64,000 nt of DNA from an uncultured Pseudomonadota bacterium (GTDB taxonomy: Bacteria; Vulcanimicrobiota; Vulcanimicrobiia; Eremiobacterales; Eremiobacteraceae). The position numbers and the translations under genes are program-made. Shown here in pieces: positions 29,158-38,520 of this stretch. Location: the NCBI GenBank assembly GCA_963736005.1, contig CAVTNB010000002.1, positions 64,001 to 128,000 on the forward strand, written 5' to 3'. The stretch's first letter is position 1. Each line of letters begins with the position of its first letter. The notes beneath the pieces were generated by a model. That model was given only the letters and a program-made list of their open reading frames with translations. It was not told the DNA's origin and ran no database searches.

Positions 29158-31458
29158 ATGAAGGTACGTCACTTTCTTGAACCTTCCCCCATGTTTTCGC
29201 GCCGGCGCATCTGGGGCGCCCTCGTCACCCTCGCGGGACTCGCCCTAGCGATCCGCCTGCTTCCTTATCTCGCACCCATTCGCGCCGGAGATATCATCCA
29301 GCACCAACAGGCGATTGAGTTTACCGATCGCAACGGTTTGCCGCTTGGCACGGTCCTCACGAGGGATCAAGAACACACAGTCGCGGTGCCACTCAGCGCG
29401 GTAGCGCCCAGCTTTCTGCACGCTATCGTTGCTGCAGAAGACAGCCGCTTTGCAAGCCACGGACCGGTCGACTACCTAGCGATGGCCCGTGCGTTGTGGC
29501 AGGACGTCCGCTACGGATATGCGGTGAGTGGCGCTTCGACAATCACGATGCAGCTGGCCCGGATGATTCGCCCCTCTCCGAGCACGATACCGGGCAAACT
29601 CCTCCAGGTCTGGACGGCCTGGCGTCTCGCGGCAGGCATGAGCCGCGCCGAGATCCTCTCCGCGTACGTCAATCGGGTGCCTATGGGCAGCAACCTCTAT
29701 GGCGTTGAGGCCGGCGCACGAACGTACCTCGGGCTGCCCGCCGCGCAGCTCGACCTCGCTCAAGCGAGCATGCTTGCGGCCATACCCAACGATCCAACCG
29801 AACTTTATCCGTACGAGAACTGGGGCGCACTCAAGGCGCGTCAGCGCTACGTGCTCGAGCGCATGCGCAAGGCGGGCTACATAGATCAAATGCAAGCACG
29901 ACGCGCAGCCGCGGAAGAAATCTCTCTACAGCCACGCGGAGAAGGCATCATTGCCGCGCCGCATTTCTTGTTCTGGCTTGCCGCCCAGCTGCCGGACGGC
30001 TCGGCGCGCGTGCGAACAACCATCGACCGCAATCTGCAGCAATTCGTTGAAGCCCAAGTCGCCCAAGTCATCGGCGATCTCTCTTCCCGCAACGTCCATC
30101 ACGCTGCCGTGCTTGTGATCGACAACCACAGCCGCGAAGTGCTGGCGTACGTCGGGTCGCCGGACTACTTTTCGGAAACCCAGATGGGACGCAACGACGG
30201 CGTCCAGGCTTTGCGTCAACCCGGTTCAGCACTCAAACCGTTTCTGTACGAATTGGCTTTGGAAACACACGCCATCCGTCCCAACACAATCTTAGCGGAC
30301 GTGCCAACCCACTACGCCATTCCGGGCGCGCTGCTCTACAGTCCCGTCGACTACAATGGATCGTACCTGGGTCCCGTCCGAGTGCGGGTGGCCCTTGCAG
30401 ATTCGCTCAACGTGCCTGCGGTTCGCGTGCTCTCGATGGTTGGCGTTCCTCAATTTCTCGATCGGCTCCACCAACTGGGCTTCGCTCATCTCACGCGCTC
30501 TCCGGACTTCTATGGCCTGGGCCTCACGCTCGGCGGTGGAGAGGTGAGCCTCTGGGAACTCACCCGGGCGTATGTGACCCTTGCGCACCAAGGCCAACCC
30601 GCTGACTTTGAAACGGTTCTTGGGATGGCCTCGGCCGGCCGAACTTCGTCGGAGCGCATCGGCGACATCACTTCATGGGAACTAGTGAGAGACATTCTCG
30701 CAGATTCGCATGCTCGTGCTCGAGCCTTTGGCGTCAATTCTGTCTTGGACATGCCGTTTTCGGCCGCGGTGAAGACCGGTACGTCATCTGACTTTCGCGA
30801 CACGTGGACTGTAGGATTCACAAATGACTACACCGTGGGCGTGTGGGTGGGCAACTTCAATGGCGATCCCATGCAGCATGTTTCCGGCGTCACCGGTGCT
30901 GGCCCGTTGTGGAATAGAATCCTGTTGCATCTGCATGAGGATCGAGACCCGCAGGCGTTCGCTGCGCCACAAGGTCTCGCACTAGAACCGATATGTGCGA
31001 CAACGGGTCTGCGGCCTACGCAATCTTGCAGCGCGGTTGTGTTTGAGTACTTGTATCCCCAAGACATGGCAGCGTATCTGGCGCCACCGCCTCCCGACCT
31101 CGCCCCGCTCTACGATCAGTGGATCTCGACCCAAGAAGCTGCGCAAGCCGAGCACTTGCGCATACTCTTCCCTCATAATGGGGACGTCTTTGTTTTTCAT
31201 CCGCGTGCGGCAGATTTTTCAAAGAACACACAGGCGCTGCGATTTCAAACAGCGGCCCGCACGGGTCAAGTGGTTCGGTTTTGGCTCAACGGCACGTCGA
31301 TCGGTAGCGATGCATCAAACGCCGCTTTCTGGCCGCTGCGCGTTGGAACGTGGACGCTCAAGGCCGCGACGAAGACGCAGAGCGATCGGGTAACCTTTAC
31401 GGTGCTTGAAGACCAAAGTCCGACATTGCGCCCTGGCTTTTCACTCGTCTCGCGCTAA
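29158..31458 (+). CDS. pbpC: Penicillin-binding protein 1C
   Basis: AEDSRF..H, GASTITMQLAR, RQPGSALKPF, SLNVPAV, KTGTS, C-terminal PBP1C-like tail; adjacent to A2M. Start 29158 or 29191. Confidence 0.93.
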   Translation: MKVRHFLEPSPMFSRRRIWGALVTLAGLALAIRLLPYLAPIRAGDIIQHQQAIEFTDRNGLPLGTVLTRDQEHTVAVPLSAVAPSFLHAIVAAEDSRFASHGPVDYLAMARALWQDVRYGYAVSGASTITMQLARMIRPSPSTIPGKLLQVWTAWRLAAGMSRAEILSAYVNRVPMGSNLYGVEAGARTYLGLPAAQLDLAQASMLAAIPNDPTELYPYENWGALKARQRYVLERMRKAGYIDQMQARRAAAEEISLQPRGEGIIAAPHFLFWLAAQLPDGSARVRTTIDRNLQQFVEAQVAQVIGDLSSRNVHHAAVLVIDNHSREVLAYVGSPDYFSETQMGRNDGVQALRQPGSALKPFLYELALETHAIRPNTILADVPTHYAIPGALLYSPVDYNGSYLGPVRVRVALADSLNVPAVRVLSMVGVPQFLDRLHQLGFAHLTRSPDFYGLGLTLGGGEVSLWELTRAYVTLAHQGQPADFETVLGMASAGRTSSERIGDITSWELVRDILADSHARARAFGVNSVLDMPFSAAVKTGTSSDFRDTWTVGFTNDYTVGVWVGNFNGDPMQHVSGVTGAGPLWNRILLHLHEDRDPQAFAAPQGLALEPICATTGLRPTQSCSAVVFEYLYPQDMAAYLAPPPPDLAPLYDQWISTQEAAQAEHLRILFPHNGDVFVFHPRAADFSKNTQALRFQTAARTGQVVRFWLNGTSIGSDASNAAFWPLRVGTWTLKAATKTQSDRVTFTVLEDQSPTLRPGFSLVSR

Positions 31459-31467
31459 GTTCGCCCG

Positions 31468-31947
31468 TCAACGCCCTTCGACGCGTTTTCTATACACTTC
31501 GACTTCTTCTCGCAGCAACCCGGCGCTGAGTCCGACTTCAAAGACTAACGCCAGCGTTGCGAGCATGAGCACGAGTCCTCCCAGGAGCACGATAGAAGGA
31601 CCGAGCCATTCAAAGGGCGCGTGCGTCGCCTGATCGATCGCGAGCACGACGCTCGACAACAAGAACAACGCGATCGCGATGTAGTAGCCCCATAGGGCAT
31701 TACGGGCCAGTTCTGCCCGACGAAGTTGCCGATCGATGCGCTCTTCCACGAGCGCAAGGTCGACCATTTGGCCTTCCTTGCGCATTTGTTGACCCTGCAG
31801 GATGAAAGCGCGGGTCTGGTCCACAACGCGCCCAAGCCGGACAAGGGTGCTCGCGACAAGCGAGCCTGCCGCCAAGATCAAAATCGCCGGGGTGATCATG
31901 GCCGAAACCATGGACATGTCCGGGTTTATCAAAGGATAGCTTCCCAT
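31468..31947 (-). CDS. DUF2721-like membrane protein
   Basis: AMITPAILI.A.GSL..ST..RLGRVVD..R; 3 TM. Confidence 0.75.
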   Translation of the reverse strand: MGSYPLINPDMSMVSAMITPAILILAAGSLVASTLVRLGRVVDQTRAFILQGQQMRKEGQMVDLALVEERIDRQLRRAELARNALWGYYIAIALFLLSSVVLAIDQATHAPFEWLGPSIVLLGGLVLMLATLALVFEVGLSAGLLREEVEVYRKRVEGR

Positions 31948-32015
31948 CGTCGGGACAGGATACGGTGCTTCGGGGACGCATCCATTTTGCCGGAGAATAC
32001 GTAGAAGAGAGTGTT

Positions 32016-32615
32016 ATGCACATAATCCTAGCCATGCTCAGCGCTTTGCAACTCGTGGCGGCCACGACTGCTGCCGCCCCGTCCGAACAAATCGTTCTCT
32101 CTGGAGGCTGCTTTTGGGGCATGGAAGCTGTCTTCGATGATCTCAAGGGCGTGACCAATGTCGTGTCAGGCTACTCCGGTGGCAACAAGACCACGGCGCA
32201 CTACGAGATGGTGAGCACGGGCCTCACGGGGCACGCCGAATCGGTGGAAATAACCTTTGATCCGAGCAAGATCTCGCTCCAACAATTGCTCGCCGTATAC
32301 TTTCTCGTCGCCCACGACCCGACGCAACTCAATCGCCAAGGACCTGACGTCGGCAGTCAGTATCGATCCGTGATCTTCTATGAAGATGATGCGCAAAAGC
32401 AAATCGCGCAGACCTACATCAAGCAACTGACCGACGCCAAAGTTTTTGACGCCCCGATCGTCACGCAAGTGGTGCCGCTGCAAGCGTTCTATCCAGCCGA
32501 GGCCTACCACCAACACTATGTGGCGAACAACCCCGACAACCCCTACGTCGTCTACGAAGACTTACCCAAACTCGCACACCTGCGCACGAAATTCCCAAAC
32601 CTTATCAAAACATAG
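32016..32615 (+). CDS. msrA: Exported methionine sulfoxide reductase A (single Cys)
   Basis: Signal peptide; [29 protein letters not shown]. Confidence 0.93.
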   Translation: MHIILAMLSALQLVAATTAAAPSEQIVLSGGCFWGMEAVFDDLKGVTNVVSGYSGGNKTTAHYEMVSTGLTGHAESVEITFDPSKISLQQLLAVYFLVAHDPTQLNRQGPDVGSQYRSVIFYEDDAQKQIAQTYIKQLTDAKVFDAPIVTQVVPLQAFYPAEAYHQHYVANNPDNPYVVYEDLPKLAHLRTKFPNLIKT

Positions 32616-32698
32616 CGGGGTCTAGAATGTGGCGCCGAACACGCTCGGCTCCGCCAACTCGAAAAGGGCCCTGACGCGCATGCTGGAACTTCTGGAGC

Positions 32699-33497
32699 AT
32701 GCGCATCACTTTTGCTACGCTCCTTGCTTGCTTGGTATTTCTAGCGTTGGGCAGCTTTGCGTTGTCCGCACCGACACCCAAACCCACCGCCAAGCCCACG
32801 CCGAAGGCTGCGGCGCTCTCAAAGGCACAGCAGCAAAAGCTCGCCGAGCTTAAAGCATCGGCGCCAGCAGATGAATATTTTGGGAAGATGAAGCTAAGCT
32901 TCCTCGGCATTAACAACACGTTTCGCGACCAGGCGATTCGGGCGGGCGACCACACCACGAATCCAAGTGTCACAGGACCGCTCGGATGGGCTGAGGATGC
33001 GCTGCACGCCTGGCAGAAAAAATATTCTAAAGATCCGCAGCTGGCGCGCTCGTACTACCTAGCATTCCTCGCCGATCGCAAAATCTGGCTTGCCGACTTC
33101 CAGCAACGCGCCACCGCCTACCTCGTCGTCGCTGAGGCAAAAGTTCCCGACCACGTTCTTTGGCAAACAGGCCAAGGCGGATCTGCAAAAGGGCATGACG
33201 ATGAATTTTTACGCGCCAGCAATGCCCTGCGACACCAGCGCTCCTGTGTTAGGCACTCCTGCGCCGTTGCCAACGGCCGATGTCAAAAACAACATCAAAG
33301 TCAACGCTATCCCGGTGCCTTGCTACACAATTGCACCCTCGCCGATCCCCCTGCCGGGTATTTCGGCGACACCTATTCCTGAGGTCTCGCCCACACCCGC
33401 GCCGACTTCCCTGACACCAACGCCGATTTCCCCGACAAATACGCCGGCTTCCCCGACACCAACGCCGTCCGCATCGGCTAGCGCAACGCCAACCTAA
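32699..33497 (+). pseudogene. Secreted hypothetical protein with Pro/Thr-rich tail and apparent +1 insertion near 33128
   Basis: Signal peptide and APADEYFG domain in ORF 32699-33382 continue naturally as SLRQKFPTTFFGK...PTP repeats in ORF 33090-33497. Span 799 nt = 3n+1. Confidence 0.65.
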
Positions 33498-34417
33498 GCG
33501 CGGAACACGCGGAATCGTCCGTCAATCGCAAGCAGACCGCCAAAAATCAAAAGCATTCCGAGCAGGCTCGTCAGCGCGATGTGCTCTTTGAGGACGAGAG
33601 CCCCGAGCAGCAACGCGCTCGCAGGGGTGAGCAGCGTGACGAGCAAGACGTTGGTTGCACCAGCTGAGGCCAACACCCGGAAGTAAAGCACGTAAGCAAG
33701 AACCGTGCTGAGGACCGCAATGCCGAGCAGAGCACCCCAGCCGCTGATGGCCAGTGTTGGTGGGTGTAGCCACGGCTTGTCGAAGACGAACGCAAGAGGC
33801 GCGCTCAGTACCGCAGCGCCAGCGATTTGTCCGGTTGAAGCAACCAACGGTGAAACTCCCATGCTTCGAAACCGTCGACCGTAGACCGCCGCGCACGCAT
33901 AGCAGATTGCTGCAGCGATACAGGCGAGCTGCGCGAGGCTCGTGAGATTGATGGTCATCAATGCTTTGGGCCTCATCAGCACCCCAACCCCAAGGATGCC
34001 GAGCACGATGCCCACCACTCGATTCGGCGTGATGCGCTCGTCGGCAGTGGAGAAATGTGCGATGAGCACAGTGAACATCGGCGTCGTCGCATTGAGGATG
34101 GACGCGAGACCGCTTGCGATCTGCGATTCGCTCCAGCTGATCAGACTAAATGGGAGAGCGCAATTCAGCATCCCCATCACGAAGAAGGCTTGCCACGCTG
34201 GTCGAGTTCGCGGAAGCGATTGGCGCCGTAAAATGACGAGCGCAAACAACAGAACAAAAGACAAAGCAACTCTGGCGAACACGAGGCTAAAGGGCGAGAT
34301 TTGACCTACGAGAATTTTATAGAAGAAAAATGCCGCGCCCCACACGACGGAGAGCGCAGCAATTGAAATCCAATCCGCAGCACTCATGACCCTCGACTCA
34401 CGCATTGGACGTATCAT
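33494..34417 (-). CDS. EamA/DMT family transporter
   Basis: WG.AF, SGLASILNATTP, ST.LAY.LYF, VLKE; about 10 TM. Start may be 34405 or 34387. Confidence 0.92.
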   Translation of the reverse strand: MIRPMRESRVMSAADWISIAALSVVWGAAFFFYKILVGQISPFSLVFARVALSFVLLFALVILRRQSLPRTRPAWQAFFVMGMLNCALPFSLISWSESQIASGLASILNATTPMFTVLIAHFSTADERITPNRVVGIVLGILGVGVLMRPKALMTINLTSLAQLACIAAAICYACAAVYGRRFRSMGVSPLVASTGQIAGAAVLSAPLAFVFDKPWLHPPTLAISGWGALLGIAVLSTVLAYVLYFRVLASAGATNVLLVTLLTPASALLLGALVLKEHIALTSLLGMLLIFGGLLAIDGRFRVFRA

Positions 34418-34546
34418 ACCAAAAGGTCTTCGCGACGCGCCATCCGAATCGCGACGTTAAAGTTTGTTATGTTGCCAAAGGATGACGCTTAACTTTGTTA
34501 CTTGGGCCGGGGGAGAATCTGACCAGACAGCAACATGCCGCGGTCA

Positions 34547-35773
34547 TCAAGTGTAGGCATCGCGGCCAAGCACCTGAAAACACTCGCGCACCAGCTCCCA
34601 CCGCTCCTCGCTCTTGATGACAAAAATGGCAACGCCTTGACCCTCGACTGAAATCCTGGCGTCGGGGGCCAAAGTTTTGTTGCGGTTGCGATCGATATTC
34701 AAACCAAAGCAGGCCAGTTGCGAACAGGCGGCCTCTCGAAGGGCCGGCGTATTCTCACCAATGCCCCCGGTGAAAAGCAGAGCATCGAGTCCACCGAGGC
34801 TCGCAACCATCGAGCCAATTGCGCGACGCAAGCGATGCACGTAGACGTCGAAGGCAAGCTTGGCGTGAGGCTGGGACTTCTCGATGCCGGCAAGGATGTC
34901 GCGCATGTCACCCGATGCGCCAGAAATTCCCTTGAGGCCGCACTCCTCGTTAAGTGTGCGGCGCAACTGTGCAGCCGTAAACTTGCCACTTTCAATGAGT
35001 TGCAGCACTAGGCCCGGGTCGATATCGCCGCTGCGTTCTCCCATGACGAGCCCTTCCATGGGCGTCCACCCCATCGTGGTATCGATGCTTTGTCCGGCCT
35101 CGACTGCGGCGAGGGAACAGCCGTTGCCTAGATGGCACGACACGATTCTTAGCTGAGCAAGGTCCTTGCCCAAGAGCTGCGCGCAACGCTCCGACACATA
35201 GCGGTGGCTAATGCCGTGAAACCCGAGGCGGCGCATGCCCCAGTCATCTCGCCACGCGAGCGGCACGGCATACGTGTATGCCTCTTCTGGGAGCGTCGCA
35301 TGAAACTCTGAGTCGAAGATCGCGACCTGAGGTTTTTGACCAAAGGATCCCTCGACGACCTCGATACCTGCGAGGGCCATGGGATTGTGCTCCGGCGCAA
35401 GCGGTGAGGCTTCTTCAATCGCCGACTTGACGTCATCTGTGACCACGACGCTGTGTCGTGCCAGCCTGCCCCCATGGACGACGCGATGGGCGGCCGCATC
35501 AATCGCTCCAAGCGAACTCCCACCCACACCAGAACCAAACGAGCGCGCAAACAATGCGTGGATGGCCGCCTTGCGGTTCTCGACGTCAACGCTTATCGGA
35601 GAGAGTTGCATGGCGGACCTTCGCTCAAGAATCGTGGCTCGGCCTGGGATATCTTCCCAGCTCGCTTCGCCACTCCAGAGCGGCACGGGCGGCGTGAGCT
35701 GCACCGGTGTGTTGATTTGGTACAACGAAGCCTTATAGCTGGAAGATCCGGCGTCACATGCTAAGATGCGCAT
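34547..35773 (-). CDS. ackA: Acetate kinase
   Basis: AGSSSYK, HRVVHGG, LAPEHN, GFHGISH, HLGNGCS, RSGDIDPG, FTGGIGEN. Confidence 0.95.
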   Translation of the reverse strand: MRILACDAGSSSYKASLYQINTPVQLTPPVPLWSGEASWEDIPGRATILERRSAMQLSPISVDVENRKAAIHALFARSFGSGVGGSSLGAIDAAAHRVVHGGRLARHSVVVTDDVKSAIEEASPLAPEHNPMALAGIEVVEGSFGQKPQVAIFDSEFHATLPEEAYTYAVPLAWRDDWGMRRLGFHGISHRYVSERCAQLLGKDLAQLRIVSCHLGNGCSLAAVEAGQSIDTTMGWTPMEGLVMGERSGDIDPGLVLQLIESGKFTAAQLRRTLNEECGLKGISGASGDMRDILAGIEKSQPHAKLAFDVYVHRLRRAIGSMVASLGGLDALLFTGGIGENTPALREAACSQLACFGLNIDRNRNKTLAPDARISVEGQGVAIFVIKSEERWELVRECFQVLGRDAYT

Positions 35774-35818
35774 GCTGCATCCTTACGCCGTCGCTGGAGC
35801 ATCACATTTTCTAGAGCG

Positions 35819-35853
35819 AAGAGGCCGCGACGTAAGTTGGCGCGGCCTCTTTT
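35819..35853. terminator. 11-bp GC-rich hairpin between Hsp20 and ackA
   Basis: AAGAGGCCGCG-N11-CGCGGCCTCTT; the longer T run is on the + strand. Confidence 0.55.
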
Positions 35854-35895
35854 GTGGTCGGGGTTTTATTGCTGGCATTTTACCAGGCTGAGCAG

Positions 35896-36369
35896 CTAGT
35901 GAATGGCGACCTTCTTGACTTCGGTTGGGCGAAGCGAGGGAACTTCAACTTTCAGAATTCCCTTTTCGAAGCTCGCTATCACCTTCTCGGGATCGAGATT
36001 CTCTGGGAAACTTACCGAGCGTGAGAAGCTTCCCTGACGGAGCTCGCGATAGTGATACTGCTTTTCCTTTTCTCCGACTTCCTTGGAGTATTTGCCTGAT
36101 ATGGTCAAACAGTTACCGTCAATTTCGATGTTGATGTCTTTCTTCTCAAGACCGGGCAGCTCCACCTCAATGACGTACGATCCGTTTTTCTTATACAGAT
36201 CCATCGGCGGTACCGTCAACTCTTGGTATTGTGTTGGCCGCATGACCGAATCCAGGAACGAATTCATCCTGCGACGGAATGTCGAGACTTCACCGAACGG
36301 GGCAATCTCAAAGAGATCTTCAAAAAATGGACGAATCTCTTCTTTCTTTGTGAGCATGGTGGTTGTCAT
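35896..36369 (-). CDS. Hsp20/alpha-crystallin small heat-shock protein
   Basis: ELPGLEKKDI, LTISG, GSFSRS, ASFEKGILKVEVP; SD AAGGAG. Confidence 0.95.
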   Translation of the reverse strand: MTTTMLTKKEEIRPFFEDLFEIAPFGEVSTFRRRMNSFLDSVMRPTQYQELTVPPMDLYKKNGSYVIEVELPGLEKKDINIEIDGNCLTISGKYSKEVGEKEKQYHYRELRQGSFSRSVSFPENLDPEKVIASFEKGILKVEVPSLRPTEVKKVAIH

Positions 36370-36390
36370 GGCACTTTCTCCTTTCTTCCT

Positions 36391-36418
36391 TTGAGTAAAT
36401 TGGCTTGAGTAAATTGGC
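36391..36418. repeat. Perfect 14-bp tandem duplication upstream of the Hsp20 SD
   Basis: TTGAGTAAATTGGC x2. Confidence 0.9.
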
Positions 36419-36427
36419 TTCTTTGCG

Positions 36428-37090
36428 CTAATCGATGGTCAAAAGATTCTCAACCTTCGTCACACCAGGTACGGACCAAGCTGCTCGCGTCGCTTCGTCC
36501 CGCTCTCGACATGTGTGCACGAGCCCCTTGAGTATGACCCGGCCGCCGCTGGTTTCAACACAGATCCGTTTGGCGATTCGCCTTGCCTCGGCTTCAGCCG
36601 TGAGCTCAAACTGTCGCTCGATCCTTGCTTTCACACCGCTCGGCGGCGCATTGTTTCTCACCTCGATCACGTTGGTTACGGCGGTAACGCCGACGAGGCT
36701 ACGAACCGAAGTTTCCGCCTCTGACCGTTGGAATCGCCAATCGACCCGTCCGCTCAGAGTGATGTGGCCACTCTCCACGGTCACCTGGATCCCTTCAATC
36801 GGCAAAAACGTGTTCCAAGATATCGCGGAGAGCGCTGCAGCTGCAATGTTGGCGTCCGTTCGCCGGTGCATCTGTGGGAGTTCTACTTTCAGCTCTTCTG
36901 CGATGCCACGAACGCCAACGATTCGTTTTATCAGATCTTCGATAACATACTTTTGTCCGTAACTGGGGACTGTACCGGTCAGCGTGACAATGCCTTCGCA
37001 GACAGCAACCCCAATATCACCCTCGTCGACGCGTGGATCTGCTGCTAGCTCCTCGATGACGTCCTTGTGGAGTTCAACATCTGCCTTCAT
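36428..37090 (-). CDS. Triple BON-domain (OsmY-like) protein
   Basis: Three repeats of V..G.V.L.G.V ... GV..V.N; SD GGAGGTG before ATG 37090; no signal peptide. Confidence 0.92.
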   Translation of the reverse strand: MKADVELHKDVIEELAADPRVDEGDIGVAVCEGIVTLTGTVPSYGQKYVIEDLIKRIVGVRGIAEELKVELPQMHRRTDANIAAAALSAISWNTFLPIEGIQVTVESGHITLSGRVDWRFQRSEAETSVRSLVGVTAVTNVIEVRNNAPPSGVKARIERQFELTAEAEARRIAKRICVETSGGRVILKGLVHTCRERDEATRAAWSVPGVTKVENLLTID

Positions 37091-37172
37091 GGAAATCACC
37101 TCCCGTTTAAACCAGTCTAACCGGGCTGCGGGCCGAGCCCTGTGAAGGAGCGGTGAATTTCAACCCCCAAAT

Positions 37173-37218
37173 GCGACCACTGTCGGTTTTTCAAAACAGA
37201 CGCGACGAAAGTCGCGTC
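37173..37218. promoter_or_regulatory. Two GCGAC-N4-GTCG(C/G) palindromes in the divergent BON/USP promoter
   Basis: GCGACcactGTCGG (37173-37186) and GACGCGACgaaaGTCGCGTC (37199-37218). Confidence 0.45.
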
Positions 37219-37250
37219 CGGCGCTTTCTCATCCCGTGGAGTAAACGATT

Positions 37251-37676
37251 GTGTTTCAAAAGATCTTAGTTCCAGTGGACGGCTCACCGATCTCCGACGC
37301 CGGCATTAGCCTCGCGATCAAACTCGCGGCTCCTCTTCACGCCCAGGTACGCTTTGTCTACGTCGTCGAGCCCGCGAGGGTCATGGAAGTGGCCTCGGCG
37401 CCGATCACGGTTCTCGAACCGGACATCGCGAAGGCCGCAGGGAAAGAATTCTTAGCGGAAGCGGTCGCCCGTGCTCGCAGCGCCGAGGTAAACACATCCA
37501 TCGAACTCGCTGAGGGCCCGGCGACCGACAAGATCCTCGAGGCGGCGCGCTCGTTTGGTGCGGATGTCATCGTCATGGGAACGCATGGGCGCGGCGGCAT
37601 CATGAGGGCGGTGCTCGGCAGTGTCGCCGAGGGTGTCATCCGCCGAGCTCATATCCCGGTTCTTGTCACCCGTTAG
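37251..37676 (+). CDS. Universal stress protein
   Basis: ILVPVDGS, MGTHGRGG....LGSVAE, IPVLV. Confidence 0.95.
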   Translation: MFQKILVPVDGSPISDAGISLAIKLAAPLHAQVRFVYVVEPARVMEVASAPITVLEPDIAKAAGKEFLAEAVARARSAEVNTSIELAEGPATDKILEAARSFGADVIVMGTHGRGGIMRAVLGSVAEGVIRRAHIPVLVTR

Positions 37677-38520
37677 CTGAATAGTCCGCATCCAGCATGC
37701 CGGTGCCCGTCAAGAGGACCTCGATCTCTTGAGTGATTTCTTCTTGGCGCGCTCTATTGAGTTGTTGCTGGGCTTGCTCAACGCGCTCTTCTAGCCGACG
37801 CAGTGCCGTCGTCATGTGGGCGAAACGTCTTTGATTCTCAACGACGAGTGCAGTCGAGAAGATCTCCTGGAACGCCGCATAGAGATACTGATCGAGAACC
37901 TGCCCATACAGCTTCTGGGGAGTTACGTAAAGGAGCGGCGGCGTACGCAAACCCATGCTTTCTCGATCGAACTTTGGAAGTGGGACGATGTTCCGTATCA
38001 CCACGCCGGTTTCAGTGTTGTACGCGGTCATGATTTGAAGGAACGTCATGTCGCGCTTTCTCTCGACCTCTTTGCGCGCATCGAGCAGACGGATCAGCGC
38101 ATCAGGAATTTCTTCGGCAGCCGCAGCTCCACTAACGACCGCGTCCACATTTCCCATTTTGGTTCCCAATCGATTGCCGACGACGATCGTCGCATGCGCG
38201 CCAACGGACGGTACGGCGCTCGTGTGCGCTTGCCAAGCATGCACAATATCCGCGTTGTAGTCGCCGCAGAAGCCACGCTCGGAACCGAGGAGCACCCAAA
38301 GATCGCGTCCGCGGGTGTTCGAGCTTAGCTCCAGCTCCGGATAGAAGGTGATGAGATCGTGTGCGGCGGCGAGAATGTTTTCGATGCTCTTGCGCCGGTC
38401 AGCCTGGGTTCTGGAGAGTTTTGCGATCTCGACGAGCGCCAGGCTCTTCATCGCAGTCATGACGTTGCCGATCTCTCGCAGTGCGCTCAAACGCACTCGA
38501 AGCTCATGGGCCTTCGGCAT
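37666..38520 (-). CDS. atpG: N-type ATPase gamma subunit
   Basis: V.TAMK.LA, GSERGFCG.YN, EN..R...M, RQEEITQEI. Confidence 0.92.
   Translation of the reverse strand: MPKAHELRVRLSALREIGNVMTAMKSLALVEIAKLSRTQADRRKSIENILAAAHDLITFYPELELSSNTRGRDLWVLLGSERGFCGDYNADIVHAWQAHTSAVPSVGAHATIVVGNRLGTKMGNVDAVVSGAAAAEEIPDALIRLLDARKEVERKRDMTFLQIMTAYNTETGVVIRNIVPLPKFDRESMGLRTPPLLYVTPQKLYGQVLDQYLYAAFQEIFSTALVVENQRRFAHMTTALRRLEERVEQAQQQLNRARQEEITQEIEVLLTGTGMLDADYSANG

Noticed and set aside
33340..33497. Pro/Thr repeat as a DNA repeat element
   Set aside because: It is ordinary low-complexity coding sequence with varied codons.
34455..34502. Repeated TTTGTTA motifs upstream of the DMT gene as an operator or block boundary
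   Set aside because: Too short and imperfect to support; no matching copy seen at the other end of the block.
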